Origin: Octopus bimaculoides
Taxonomy: Eukaryota
Direction: 5' to 3'
Assembly: GCF_001194135.2 (NCBI RefSeq)
Contig: NC_068993.1
Coordinates: 17,573,110 to 17,637,109 of the forward strand
Length of the DNA stretch: 64,000 nucleotides
This document shows, piece after piece, positions 24,804-37,830 of this stretch (within the stretch, counting starts at the first letter, position 1; the number at the start of each line of letters is the position of its first letter). Below the pieces are notes generated by a model that saw nothing but the letters and a program-made list of their open reading frames with translations, did not search any database and was not told the DNA's origin. The position numbers and the translations under genes are program-made.

Positions 24804-25062
24804 TTAATAGTAGATGATCACAACATTTGTTTCAGCACCCCACATCAGCTTTAAATTGCTGAGTTTATTTATATTCATATAACATTATAGAAGATCATTC
24901 TTCATTATTATTATATAGACGAATATTTTTCAGCAACAGCTGTGGAAAAGTATTCAACAATATAACCATCAAGACTGTTCTTCCATAATGGTATATGAAT
25001 ATAAACTCAGCAACTTAAAGCTGTTGTGTGGCACAAAAACAAATGCTGTGATCTGCTATTAA
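24804..25062. mobile_element. Fold-back MITE bounded by TTAA
   Basis: Arms of about 88 nt: ttaatag.ag...atcaca.catttgttt...cagcttta..ttgctgagtttat..attcatata.cattat.gaaga, with the reverse complement at 24978-25062. Confidence 0.85.
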
Positions 25063-25384
25063 AACCTGTTATCCTTAATTTTTGTGTTATATTTTTCTTA
25101 TATGTATGTATGAGTTTGTGTGTGTGTGTGTGCGTATAGACAACAGGCTTCTTTCAGACAATGAGGTGGTTTGAATTACCAGAAATTGTATATTTCACTC
25201 TTTAATGTAATGCTGAGCAATTTACCTTTGTATTTGTCTATTCTATTTATTAGAGAGACAGATATATTTAATATTGTGGAAAGGACATGAACAATCTAAC
25301 TTGTCCTGCCTTAGACTATATTTGAAGACTATGTCCTAGTGAAACTGAACCTGAGACCATGTAGTTGGGAAATGAACTTCTTAA

Positions 25385-25802
25385 CCATGCCACACAAGCA
25401 GGAGAACCCAATCATGGCTGTCAGACAATTTCTGCAACCACATCACCCCTAGCATCTGGCCACCTAACCTCCCCACACTGCAACCCCCTTGATTATTATG
25501 TGTGGGGTGCAGTTGAATGAGAGACCAACAAAACCCCTTGTTACACCAAAGCTGAACTGAAGGCAAGGATTATGGCAGCATTCACCAACTTAAACAAGGA
25601 GACTATCCAGAAGAGCTGCAGGAGATTCTGAAGTCATCTGGAGGCCATGGTTGAAGCCAATGGCGATTTTATTGAATAAATTTACTCTTTAGTATTTCAA
25701 GATATTTTTATATAATTTTGGTAAATATATCTGTTAAAATGAGGTGTCAGTTTTGTTTTCATTTTTGTATAATTTAGACGACAGTTTATTCACCGCAGTC
25801 TG
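25385..25802 (+). mobile_element. maT (DD37D) 3' fragment, close relative of 6469-7331
   Basis: Highly similar by eye to 6925-7331, including the 3' end gacagtttattcac.gca..ctgTA. Confidence 0.9.
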
Positions 25803-26329
25803 TATATGTATATAAAGAAAATGAGTGGATTTTAAAGATTCACAACCGCTGCTTCAGCAGTATTTCTTTATTGATGAATCGATCAATTACATCAATTACA
25901 TCANNNNNNNNNNNNNNNNNNNNNNNNNNNNNNNNNNNNNNNNNNNNNNNNNNNNNNNNNNNNNNNNNNNNNNNNNNNNNNNNNNNNNNNNNNNNNNNNN
26001 NNNNNNNNNNNNNNNNNNNNNNNNNNNNNNNNNNNNNNNNNNNNNNNNNNNNNNNNNNNNNNNNNNNNNNNNNNNNNTATATATAAATATGTATGTATAT
26101 ATGTATATCTGCATATACACACAAACACATGCATATATATATAAGGTACAAACATGGCCATGTGCTTTAAAGTATATATTGCAAATAGAGTATGTGGCAC
26201 CTTGGGCAAGATTTTTTTGCTATAGCCTCAGGTTGGCCAATAACTTGTGAGTGAAATGTCATAGAGTGAAAATTATACAGGGGCCTAGAAAACATATACG
26301 TGTGTATGTGTGTGTGCGTGTGTGTGTGT

Positions 26330-26365
<36 letters not shown>

Positions 26366-27429
26366 ATGTGTGCATGCATGTACGTGTGCATGCACACATG
26401 TATATGCATGTATCTATGTATATATTCATAAATACATATTTATACTTATAGAATGTAGTGTAAGTTCTTCTACTTCTTTCATCTCTATCCGACTGAACAC
26501 ATCCAAATAGGACACATGCAGCTTTACACATAGAAACATGCATTCATAAATAAGAAATGTCTATATAATATGGTATATATGTAATCATACATACATACAT
26601 TTGAATATGCATATACATGTGTGTGTGAATGTAATGCATATGTTTGTGTGAGAAGGAGAGATAGATAGATAAATAGAATGATAGATAGATAAATAGATAG
26701 ATAGCGAGAGAGAGAGAGAGAGAGAGAGTTATATAAATGTGTTGAGAAAACCTATATTTGCAAGCAGTGTTGATTTATATTCACTTTCAAGCAAAAGAAA
26801 ATTTGTGTAAGTGGGTGAAAATTACACCTTGGTGATTAAATGGATGTAAGTATAAATTAATAAAGGTAATGTCACTGATGATTTATGTATGTGCATGTGT
26901 ATTCATGAGGCTGGGCATGTATGTTGTGTGTGTATGAGAGTAAGTAATTACACACACATACATACACACACAAGAATACACTGTCATGAACACATGCATA
27001 TACATGAACAGATACACACACATATGTATATAATTTTACATTATATATATGTGCATGTGTGTATGTGTATATATATATTTGTATATGCATGTGTATATAT
27101 AAATATATATGTATATACATGTATACACACACACACACCTACACACACACAGTTTGGGCTAAATTTGACAATTTTTTATGCCCCCCCCCCTTTTTTTTTG
27201 CAGGGATAGCTTGATGTATTGGGGAACAGTGAATGGCATTAGAAAGCCTAAAAATTAAAGTTGTAATTGAGAAAATGTTAGCTTACATGGAGGATTGGAA
27301 ATCATCTGAATATGAGAAAAGAGTTACCTGCTTTATGATGATTTGTGTTGGGTATCAAAATGCCAGCATCATGTCTGTTGGTCAATGCTCTGTGAACACT
27401 GTAAACGTAAGATGTGATATGGACATCTG

Positions 27430-28000
27430 CAACAGAGTACAAAGCTGTGACTGGCTGGAAGGGACACAGCAGGTGTTCTGAGGATGATGTCATGCAACTC
27501 CATATCTTTGAACAGGACCTTAGGCTCAATTCAGACTTCCATGTAATACTGCTGGAGACTGTGGTCAACCCCCTGCCTGGAGAGGGTTGCTACTGAAGGT
27601 TACATGTGTAGTAGTAGGATTCAGCTACTTGCCATACCTACAGAAAAAAGTCAGATGTGTTAACACAACTTTCGGCTGATATACCTTCCAGCCTTCTTCA
27701 GGTGTCTTGGGGGAAATTTCGAACCTGGGTAAATAAAGTCAGATGTGGTTGGCAGAGAATTTCTATAACTTCACCAGCACCAATTTCTGACCTTCTGATT
27801 CCTTCCAATTGTAATCTTATGGATTACAATGTGTGGGGTATGGTTGAGAAAGATATCAACCACTCTACTTGCAACACTAATGCCAAGATGGTGGCCAAAA
27901 TCAAGGAAGTGTTCAAAGATCTTCCCAGGAATGCAATGAGGAACACTGCACCTGGTTCTGTGGGGCTGTCTTGAGGTCATGGTGGAAGCTGGGGTTGACT
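27430..28000 (+). mobile_element. Older, diverged maT-like fragment interrupted by a Penelope-tail-like repeat
   Basis: DDVMQLHIFEQDLRLNSDFHVILLETVV parallels GDIMPPFIFPHGLRFNMEAYIKCLEEVI; PSNCNLMDYNVWGMVE parallels SLHCNPLDYYVWGAVE. Confidence 0.75.
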
Positions 28001-28717
28001 ACTTTAAGTAAACTGTTATTCCCCAGCCATAATTTATTAGATATCATTCGAATTTTTAAAATACTTTTATTATTGGATGAAATATTGTATTTTCTTTTCC
28101 TTTTATGCAAACTGTCAAATTTAGCCTGAATACCCTGTCTGTTTGATTGGATCTACTTTGGTGTGCAACAATTTTACTTTTCAGATTTCAGCTCTTATTG
28201 TTAATCACATTGAACCCCAACTGTTTCATGATCATACAGGGTTTTGTGTGGGCTGAGAAGGGCTGTTATGTAACATAAAGGACAAATCAATAAGAGAAAA
28301 GAACATGGGCTTCAACTTGATATTCTTTTATTTCATCTGTAACATGTGTATAATTGAATAGACAAAAGTTTATCTGTCTGACGAAGTATTCAACTGTGCA
28401 TGCTGCTCTTATGAAGTGCATCTGAGGATTGCATTTAAGGTGTGATTGCATGTATTAACTGAATACTGAAACAACTATTTTCGGAGTTAAAAACTCAGAG
28501 TAGCAGTTTGAGAAGTTTTGGATTCCAGTAAATTATATTATTCAGCTTGTAATATTAAATATTATCTTTTATTCTTCTTTTCACACTGATGTTTACATCT
28601 ACCTTTGTGTGTGTGTGTATGTATGAATATATGTATATATGTCCATCCATCCACTCACCCACCCATATATGTATATATTGATGGATGGACATATATATGT
28701 ATACATGTGTGTGTATT

Positions 28718-28776
<59 letters not shown>

Positions 28777-29709
28777 CACACACATACTTACATACATTAT
28801 GTGTCCACATATATGTGCTTATCAGTATATCAGTAGACATCATAGGTTCTTGTAAACTTATGTGGTGCAACCATTTTCCAGCCACAAGGCGATGGTCTGA
28901 TAATGAATTATTTGATGGAAATGTGTTAAGCTGGTAGAGATGAGATAAGTTAACTTTAAATGAATGATTGTTCGTTTGTTAATTGTTAATTTTAATGAAA
29001 GATTTGATGGAGATGTACTAAGCTGGTAGAGATGAGATAAGTTAATTTTTTTGGTGAATAATTGTGCATTTATTGAGAATTATCAAAAGTTAACTTACTC
29101 AGTTTGCAATAGAAAGTTTAGAGTATTTTGTAAAAGAGATGAAATTGGAGAGGGAAGTGAGCAACCACATCTATGCAGAACATAAATAGACTGTGCTACT
29201 CATATATTGAGAAATATACTTAGCCTTTATTAGTTCAATAATCTAATCCAGAAGTGGGCAGTACTGCCTCCAAGTGGCCACCGGGCACGATGAAGGGGGC
29301 ATTGGGCTTTATGAATGGTGACAACATAATTAACACACTAAATTTCACTCATGGAAGTAATTATATTATATATATGATAAATTAGTAATGGTTTTTAAGA
29401 TAAAATGAGTTCTTATCAGATACAAGGAAGTTGTTAACTTGCAATATGTAAAATGAATTCACAACTTTTGTCTTTATTGATATTTTATCATTTCACTGTT
29501 AAAAACTTATACAATTGATTTTTAGAATAAAGTTTAAAAATTATCATTCATGTTAAGTTACTTTACCGGTTGTTAAATGCCTTTTCCTTATCAAATGCTT
29601 CAATCCTCATTTACAGTGTGCCTTCTGCTTCATACCAAAGAATTGGCTTCACTGCCACTGGTCTGTTATAGGTAAAAATCAATCAAAATATATATATATA
29701 TATATCTAT

Positions 29710-29755
<46 letters not shown>

Positions 29756-29929
29756 CTGAGTGGTTGGCGTTAGGAAGGGCATCCAGCTGTAGAAACTCTG
29801 CCAAATTAGATTGGAGCCTGGTGCTGCCATCCGGTTTCACCAGTCCTCAGTCAAATCGTCCAACCCATGCTAGCATGGAAAGCGGACGTTTAAACGATGA
29901 TGATGATGATGATGATGATATATATATAT

Positions 29930-29968
<39 letters not shown>

Positions 29969-32900
29969 CATACATACACACATATATATATCATCATTTA
30001 ATGTCTGTTTTCCATGCTGGTAATGGGTGAAACAGTTTGACTGGAACTGGTAAGCTGGAGAACTGCACCAGGCACCAGTCTGTTTTGGCTTAGTTTCTAT
30101 GGCTGTATCCCCCTCCTAACACCAACCATTCCAGAGAGTAGTGGGTGCCTTTTATGTGTCACTGACACTGACCATGGTTACGATTTCACTTCACTTGGCA
30201 TGTCTTCTCAAGCACAGAAAAATCACCAAAAGTCTTGGTCACTTGTCATCACCACGTCATCCCACGTCTTCCTTGGTCTTCCTCTTCTACAGGTTCTCTC
30301 CACAGTTAGAGATCATCACTTCCTTATGCAGCTATCCTTGTCCATACACATAACATGTCCATAGCAGCACAGTCTTCTCTCTTGTATACTACACCTAATT
30401 CCTCTTATACTCAATTTTTTAAAACACTTACACTCTATCACACATGCACATATGCATATATAATGCAGATACGCATGTACATATTTGATGTTAGGAAGGG
30501 CATACGGCCACAGAAACTATGTCAAATCAGACTGGAACCTGGTGCAGCTCTCTGGCTTACCAGTTCCAATCAAACCATATAACCCATGCCAGCATGGAAA
30601 GCAGATGCTAAATGATGATGATGATGAAGATGAAGATGGTGATGAATACTATCACCATATTTCAGTAAGAAATAGCAGACATTCCAGCAACCAGTTGCAC
30701 AAAAAACGAAAACGTGATTTAAGATGGCTGAAAGAGCTCTCCCCTTCGTCAACTTCAGCCTCTCTTTCTCTCCTTTATCAATGGATACTAGCACAGTTTC
30801 TGCAGCACTAAAACTACTAGTGACTTACTCTTGTATTATTCACTAGTGGTCTTTCATCTTTATGGACTTATGGTATCAGTGTTAAGACTGACGTTATCAA
30901 AGGCTTCAACTGTCTCTGTTGTGAGAACTACCTAAGGACTCAATATATCTTTCATCTCTTGGACTGGTAGTTTCGTTTCAGATGGCTCCACTGCAGTATG
31001 TTCTAATAAGATTCACCAAATGGTCTAACAACTCCAATATACCTAAAGGTCTCTCACACTCTTTAATGACAATTTAGTTGATTTCAGCATCACCAAACAC
31101 ACTGTATCATGTCCCGGCAACACATGAACAACAGAAATAGAGTTCTTCTCAAAATTGTTACAAATGTTAAGCCTAGTAATTGTTCATGAGCTTGCATTTC
31201 AACATGGAATACTGGCTGTTAGTATGTCAGAAGACAAAATGGCAAGCTAGCAGAACCTTTACCATATCAGACAAAATGCTTAGCAGCACTTTGTCTGACT
31301 TTGCATTCTGAGTTCAAATTCTACTGAGGTCGACTTTGCCTTTCATCCTTTCAGGGTCAGTAAAATAAGTACCAGTTGAGTACTGGGGTTGATGTAACCA
31401 ACTGACACTCTTTCTCGAAATTGCTGGCCTTGTGCCAAAATTTGAAACCAATACGTCAGAAGGAGAAAACTCATTGTAATCCAGTCTCTGTCTATCATAA
31501 TAAAGATTTCCTCTAACTAAACACGATGTTATTTTCAAAAAGGAAGAAATTCTAGTCATTTGAATTAATCATAGTTGATTGTTTTCTTTTCAGAGTTGAG
31601 TGTGGAAGAAATGTTGACATTATAAGTGCAGACATGGGTGCGAGGTTAAGAAGCTTACATTGTAACCGCACAGTTTTGGTTTCAGTCCCACTGCTTGGTA
31701 CTTTGGGCAAGTGTTTAATCCGAAAGTCCTGGACCAACCAATGCCTTGTAAGGAAATTTGTTAGATGGAAACTTGTAGAAACCCATTGTATGTGTGTGTG
31801 TGTATGTGTGTATCTCTGTTTGTTGTGTTTGCCCCACCCCTCCCCCGTGGTGGCTTGTAAGTGTCCCTGTTGCTTTGTGATTCAGCAAAACAGACTGATA
31901 GGACAAGCACCAGACTTAAAAATAATGAGTACAGGGGTTGATTTGTTTGACTAACATCCTTGAAGGTGGTGTTCCAGCATGACCATGCTCCAGTGACTGA
32001 AACAAGTAAAAGATAAAAGAATATCCTGTAGGCTGGGCCTCTTCGCTCGGGCGTGGGGGGGGGGGGGTCAGAGAAATATGGATGGAGGTAGTATGCTGTG
32101 GTTTCCAAATCCTTTTTTTAATCGAGACACTCTTCAGAGCAAACAAAAATATTTCAAATAAGCAGGTATTTGTATATTTTAGGTATTTACATATTTTAGC
32201 CAATAATGAAGTAAAAATAATTTAAACTATATAAAATTATTCAGTATATATTTCTTTATTTAATAAGCGAAGCATCTATGGTATTATTCTGCTTGTCATG
32301 GTACATTGTTATACTTTAAACAACCTTAACAATGAAACAAAAATCAATGACATAACTGGAATGCCTAATAATTCTTTCTGTCAAAGGGACAAGGCCTGAA
32401 AATTTGTGGTGGAAGAGAATCGATTATATTGACCCCAGTGCTCAACTGGTACTTGTTTTACTGTCCCTGAAAGGATGAAAGGCAAAGTCAATCCCAGTAG
32501 AAGTTGGACTCTGAATGTGAAGCCAGAAGAAATATGCAGCAATTTGCTTGGCACAGTAACAATTCTACCAACTTTTGGAATGTTTAATGATAAAACAATT
32601 TTGAAAGTATCTTACATTCAAGATCTTAAACTATGGAAGAAAATCAAAGATATTATCAAAATCTCTAACATGGCAAAACAAGTTTGAGCCTTTAAACAGT
32701 TTTAACTATGAAACAAAATCTAAGATATAATTATGTAAAACCATTAACACATCAAAACAAGAAAATTGCAGCAAAACTGCATGATAGTGGTGTCAGATGT
32801 GGTATACTGACCATCGTTTAACTTGTTTGACATTCTTCTTATCTTCTGTTTTATTTTGACATGTGCATTGCGTTTTTATTCTTCTCTTCTGTTTTCAAAT

Positions 32901-34575
32901 TCATTCTTCTCTCTCGAGTTCCTATTCAAAACTGTTTACAGATCACAACCATCTCAGGAACCTGCGGTTGTGAGGAGCGCTTCATACTTCGATGATTGTG
33001 AAATAAAACATGTCACACTTTAAACAGTCTTATCTATGGAAGAAAATCAAAGACGTAATCAATATCTTTAACATGACAAAACAAGTTTGAGTGTTGTGCT
33101 TAAAACAGCCTCAACTATGGAATGACATCTAAGACAAATCTAGATCTTTAACATAATGAAATAATATTATGAAAATTTATAAATTTGTGCAACAAAATAG
33201 AAATATAAAGATTTATAAAGTATGTAAATTTCTACAAGTCCTCCTAAATAGTTATTAAGACTTTATATTTATAATTATAGTGTGTGTTTTTCGCATTTTG
33301 TTAAAAGAAAAAGAAAGATAATTCTATTATTTTTCTAGCACATCAAGTTAGATCTTGTAGAACACAAGTGTGTTATAGTGCACTGTTTGTGAACTAATTC
33401 TCTAGATCGACACAGAATGTAAAGTAAATATTGCCTGGAGAGGTTTGAACTAGATATATAAGACACTATGTTAGATATTGTAATATTATTTATTATCTGT
33501 AAATCATGTATCTTCACTTCTGTAGTTTCTTTTGATAATGAACACCTGAATCTTCCCCAGACTCTCTTACTTGCAGAAGACAAAAAAGACTGTTTCAGTT
33601 TTAGAATGATGGCTCTGCTTAGTGACAATATTAATCTTCTTGTCTCCCTGACAGTCAAACCAGCTGTGAAAAACATCAAGTTTCAGGGATGGATTTAAAA
33701 AAAACATATTGACAGGTTTTACAAAGGATGTTTACTCACTGTTGCCATGTGAACGTATAAAATAAAATAGGGAACTGAGCAATAGTCTGTGATTATTGAT
33801 ACAAGATAAATGTAGTGTGACACTTATCCCTTATTGACTCACTAAGTATATTATAGGATTTTTTTTCCTTATCTTCCACATAGCATTGAATAAGAAATCC
33901 CAGTTTCATATCTTAGTAGAGAAATACAGATATAACAAATACCATACAACATAAAAACAATTCTTGATTTATTCAAAATTATCTCCACTTCAAGAGGAGG
34001 CATCATAATTGATTTCAAATTTTGGCAGGGTGGGATTTGAGAGTGATTTGGTTGCTATTTCTAACAGTTTGAGAGACAATGTAGAGGCTCCCTTGTTAAT
34101 TTGTAAAATTATGACAACAAGTAGAGAGAGAGAGAGACAGATCAAGGGAGTAGGGAGTGAGAGAAAGAGAGAAGGTGAGAAGGGGCAGGCTAGAACATGC
34201 TTTATTATAAGGTCTGCTTGAGCAGAACTGATCTGGGACTTAAACAACAACAACAACAGTCACAGTGGCAGCAGCAACAATCAACAATAGCAATAACAAC
34301 AACAACAGCAACAGAATGGTTGTTACTAATGCAGAGCAATTGTTTCATTTGATTGGTTATCTTTGTTCCATAAGTCAGCTGAAGCAGAGCTGATTGGAAC
34401 TGCTCACAAACAACAATAGCAACAACAACAACAGTTAATAAATATTAATTGAAGGTCACAAGGAATTTGGCCTGTCTCTTATTGGTTTAACTTTATGGTC
34501 TAGCTTAGTTAATGTTAGTTATTGGTAGTTTTTATTGTGTTAAGAATAGTAAATGATTAAACTGAAAAAAACAAA

Positions 34576-34934
34576 CAGGAGTGGCTATGTGGTAAGTAGC
34601 ATGGTTCTGGGTTCAGTCCCACTGCGTGGCACCTTGGGCAAGTGTCTTCTATTATAGCCTCGGGCCGACCAAAGCCTTGTGAGTGGATTTGGTAGACGGA
34701 AACTGAAAGAAGCCCGTCGTATATATGTATATATATATATATATGTATGTGTGTTTGTCCCCCCCAACATCGCTTGACGTCCCTGTAACTTAGCGGTTCG
34801 GCAAAAAGAGACCGATAGAATAAGTACTAGGCTTACAAAGAATAAGTCCTGGGGTCAATATGCTCGACTAAAGGCAGTGCTCCAGCATGGCCGCAGTCAA
34901 ATGACTGAAACAAGTAAAAGAGTAAAAGAGTAAA
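34576..34934 (+). mobile_element. SINE family A, young copy with internal deletion
   Basis: CpG-rich, near-consensus head and tail; the caaccgatgctggtgtgttt segment is missing. Confidence 0.9.
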
Positions 34935-35169
34935 CAGATTTTAACCTTAAATCTACAGTTTCAAGTTTGATGTTTGACTTAGAAGCTTTTTGGAAAAGAA
35001 GTTTATGTTGTATTTGACCAACGATAGTATTGTTTGTTCCAGGTTTTGAGTGAGCCAACCTCTCATTTGCTGCGTTTATGACAGCAAAGAGTAACAAAGA
35101 AGTGCCTGTAATTTGGTATAGGACAAATATTTCAAGATATTTTTATGTAATTTTGATAAATATATCTGT

Positions 35170-35465
35170 TAAAATGTTTTGAAAAGACACCCACATAGAC
35201 TGCATATCTGATTTGGACCACCAAGAGCTGCAGATAAGTTCTGCTCTCTGTGGATCTTAAAATGTCTTTTGAGGCCTCTGTTAGATTTGCAAACCTTCTG
35301 GCATACATGGATTGAGAGGTGTACACAGACACATAGGCAGAATAGTTGGTAGAGGCTTGTTTTCCATGGGTTCACAAAAAGACATGGTCTGTCACAAACT
35401 GGGCACACAAAAAGGTCATTATGATTCACCTTCTTGATTGTAACATTCTTCCTTAAATCTCTCTT
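35170..35465 (-). mobile_element. C2H2-finger-coding fragment, probably the 3' end of an RTE-type LINE ORF2
   Basis: FVCPVCDRPC, HVCQKVCKSNRGLKRHFKIH, ICSLCGCLFKT; no start codon or splice context, and flanked by microsatellite and TE fragments. Confidence 0.55.
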
Positions 35466-35501
35466 GATACACACACACACACACACATATTTGTGTGTGT
35501 G

Positions 35502-35658
35502 TTAAATAAAATGTGACAATGAAGCCAAGACTGTGTGGAATTTTCAGGACATTTATAAAGAGAAAGTTAGTCTTACAGCTGTTTCTGGGATATTCATCTC
35601 TTTATAAATGTCCTGAAAATTCCACACAACCTTGACTTTCTTGTCTCATTTTATTTAA
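35502..35658. mobile_element. Fold-back MITE / long hairpin
   Basis: Arms of about 62 nt, with the inner 31 nt a perfect inverted repeat (tgtgtggaattttcaggacatttataaagaga); 33-nt loop containing cttacagctgtttctgg, also seen at about 16273. Confidence 0.9.
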
Positions 35659-35791
35659 CATATACATACTCATACAAGAGCTGCATTAGACTTGTCACTT
35701 GTATATTTATCGAACCGGGATTTTAACTATGGTCCTTTCATAGCACTTCCATAGTGTTACCTGCCACCTTGGGTCTTCTGGATACCAATAA

Positions 35792-35824
<33 letters not shown>

Positions 35825-35984
35825 GACAGCTTCTTTCTACCAAATCCACTCACAAGGCTTTGGGTAGCCCAAATCGAAAGTAGAAGACATTTCCCCAAGG
35901 TGCCATGCAGTGAGACTGCACCCAGAACTATGTGTTTGGAAAACAAATTTTTTACCACACAGTCAAGTGTATGGTAAAAAATGC

Positions 35985-36026
<42 letters not shown>

Positions 36027-36569
36027 NNNNNNNNNNNNNNNNNNNNNNNNNNNNNNNNNNNNNNNNNNNNNNNTGACAAGAAATAATTTTTGCCACTTTT
36101 TATGGAGACAAAAGGGTTTGCAAAAAACAAGTGCTCAAATGAAATTGAGACAGAGATAAAAAAAACATTCATTAGTGAACAAACATGAAATTCGAGTCAA
36201 CAATTTTATATAACACCATGCTTCCATACAGTTGATCACATATAAATATTACCATAGCCTTCAACATATAAAAGGAAATTGTATATAAAAACACAGAAGG
36301 TAAAAAATATATATGCACATAAAAATACAAATATTTTACAACTCAAAAACAGCAGACACCAGTAAGCAAGTCCGCACCAGTTAGGTATAACCAGAGTGAA
36401 TACAGGCACTCATTATGTATAAGGAAATCCCTTGTGATACTCAGGTCTTTTGGACCAAAAACCTTAAATAAGTTCATCAAAGTAATCCCCTTCTGTAACA
36501 ATAAGTTTTCCTCCACTTTCTTGAAACTGTATAGAAATAAAAATAAATTTAAAGACAATAAATAATAAC

Positions 36570-36800
36570 AAGTGTAATAGTTTGCGTTAGGGTGATTTGA
36601 AACCTCGAAGATTGGTTTTGATACTGCAGCCTATTTGACTATTCTAAAATAGCATTTTTTTCTTTCCATTATTTGCATAGGCTTTGCATGTTGTTTTTGA
36701 ATTGTAAAATGTGCCTGAGGGAGGTGTATAACTTTGTGTTTTAACGCTAAATGGTGTTAAATCATTTTAAAGGTTCTGTCCTTGATTTTTAACCAATGGA
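36570..36800 (-). mobile_element. Possible Penelope GIY-YIG C-terminal remnant
   Basis: The minus strand reads CKAYANNGKKKCYF, resembling the C..Y.NG.K.C.LC end of PLE endonucleases; heavily decayed. Confidence 0.35.
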
Positions 36801-37275
36801 CTACTTTAATGGTACCTCATTTCTTTATTTTATTTTACTTTATTTTATATCAACCTGTATTATATTATATTTGAAATTTTTAATCGTATTAATTTTAATT
36901 TCTATGAAATGATATATATGTGTATTGTATTAGACCTTTAACTCAATTTTTTCATTTGTATGTTATCGGTTGATATAATATATTCGTGTATAAAATTTTA
37001 TACTATATATTCTATTTCTTGCATCTTACTTATTATATATTTCTTATTTTTTAATTTATTATTTCTTCTTACGTTATATCTTCTTATTCTTTTTGTTTGA
37101 CGGATTAAGTTGTATATCTTATATATGTTCATTGAGGGGGTGTGATATGTTGAGTCGTTAACCCAGCATTTTTATTCTATAACTAATATTTTACTCTTGT
37201 CTCAATTATTATGAGCACTTCTCCTTGCAGCCCTGTATAAAATCTATTAGTTTCATAATAAGAAACCATTAATAT

Positions 37276-37307
<32 letters not shown>

Positions 37308-37389
37308 AAATAATAATAATGGAATTATTGTGTATAGTGCACAGGTGTATTACAACTCAGCAAAGGTGCATGTATAGTACATAGAATCA

Positions 37390-37830
37390 TGTACAAATGT
37401 GAGGAAAGTGAACAGTGTATGAGTCATAATATACATGTGTGCATGCATATGGAGTGGTGGATGTTGGGTGTAGTGTTGGTGAATTTCAGAAAGCATGGAG
37501 GTTTTAAAGGGTGCAATGTCTTGGCAGCTAACAACTGATGCAGGTAGTTTGTTCCATGCTTCAGCAACTCTGAGTGTTAAAAAAATGCTTCCGAAAGTCA
37601 TGGGAGCTGTGCTGTTTTCTGACCTTGTAGGCATGCCTATGTGTGTTAGACACATGGAGTTCAAAAAGGTGCTCAACGACGTTGTTGGCACAATGGTTAA
37701 TAGTTTTGTGTTTACCAAGTCAGTTGCCAGATGTCTGAGCGTCAATGTATCTATGCCCAGGGAAGCATGGTGTTCAGAGTGTGGTAGATGCCTGATGGAG
37801 GGTATTCACTTGGTTGAACTTCTCTGAACT
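37390..37830 (-). mobile_element. CR1/L2-type LINE 3' end
   Basis: IFLTLRVAEAWNKLPASVVSCQDIAPFKTSM, typical of the RVVxxWNxLPxxVV C-terminus of CR1/L2 ORF2. Confidence 0.85.

Noticed and set aside
28245-28266. About 21-nt similarity to 52315-52336 (ttttgt.tgggctgaga.gggc)
   Set aside because: Too short and gapped to exceed chance in a 64-kb window.
36343-36530. Minus-strand acceptor followed by FQESGGKLIVTEGDYFDELI* or a longer alternative frame
   Set aside because: No recognisable homology or partner exon; the frame is ambiguous.
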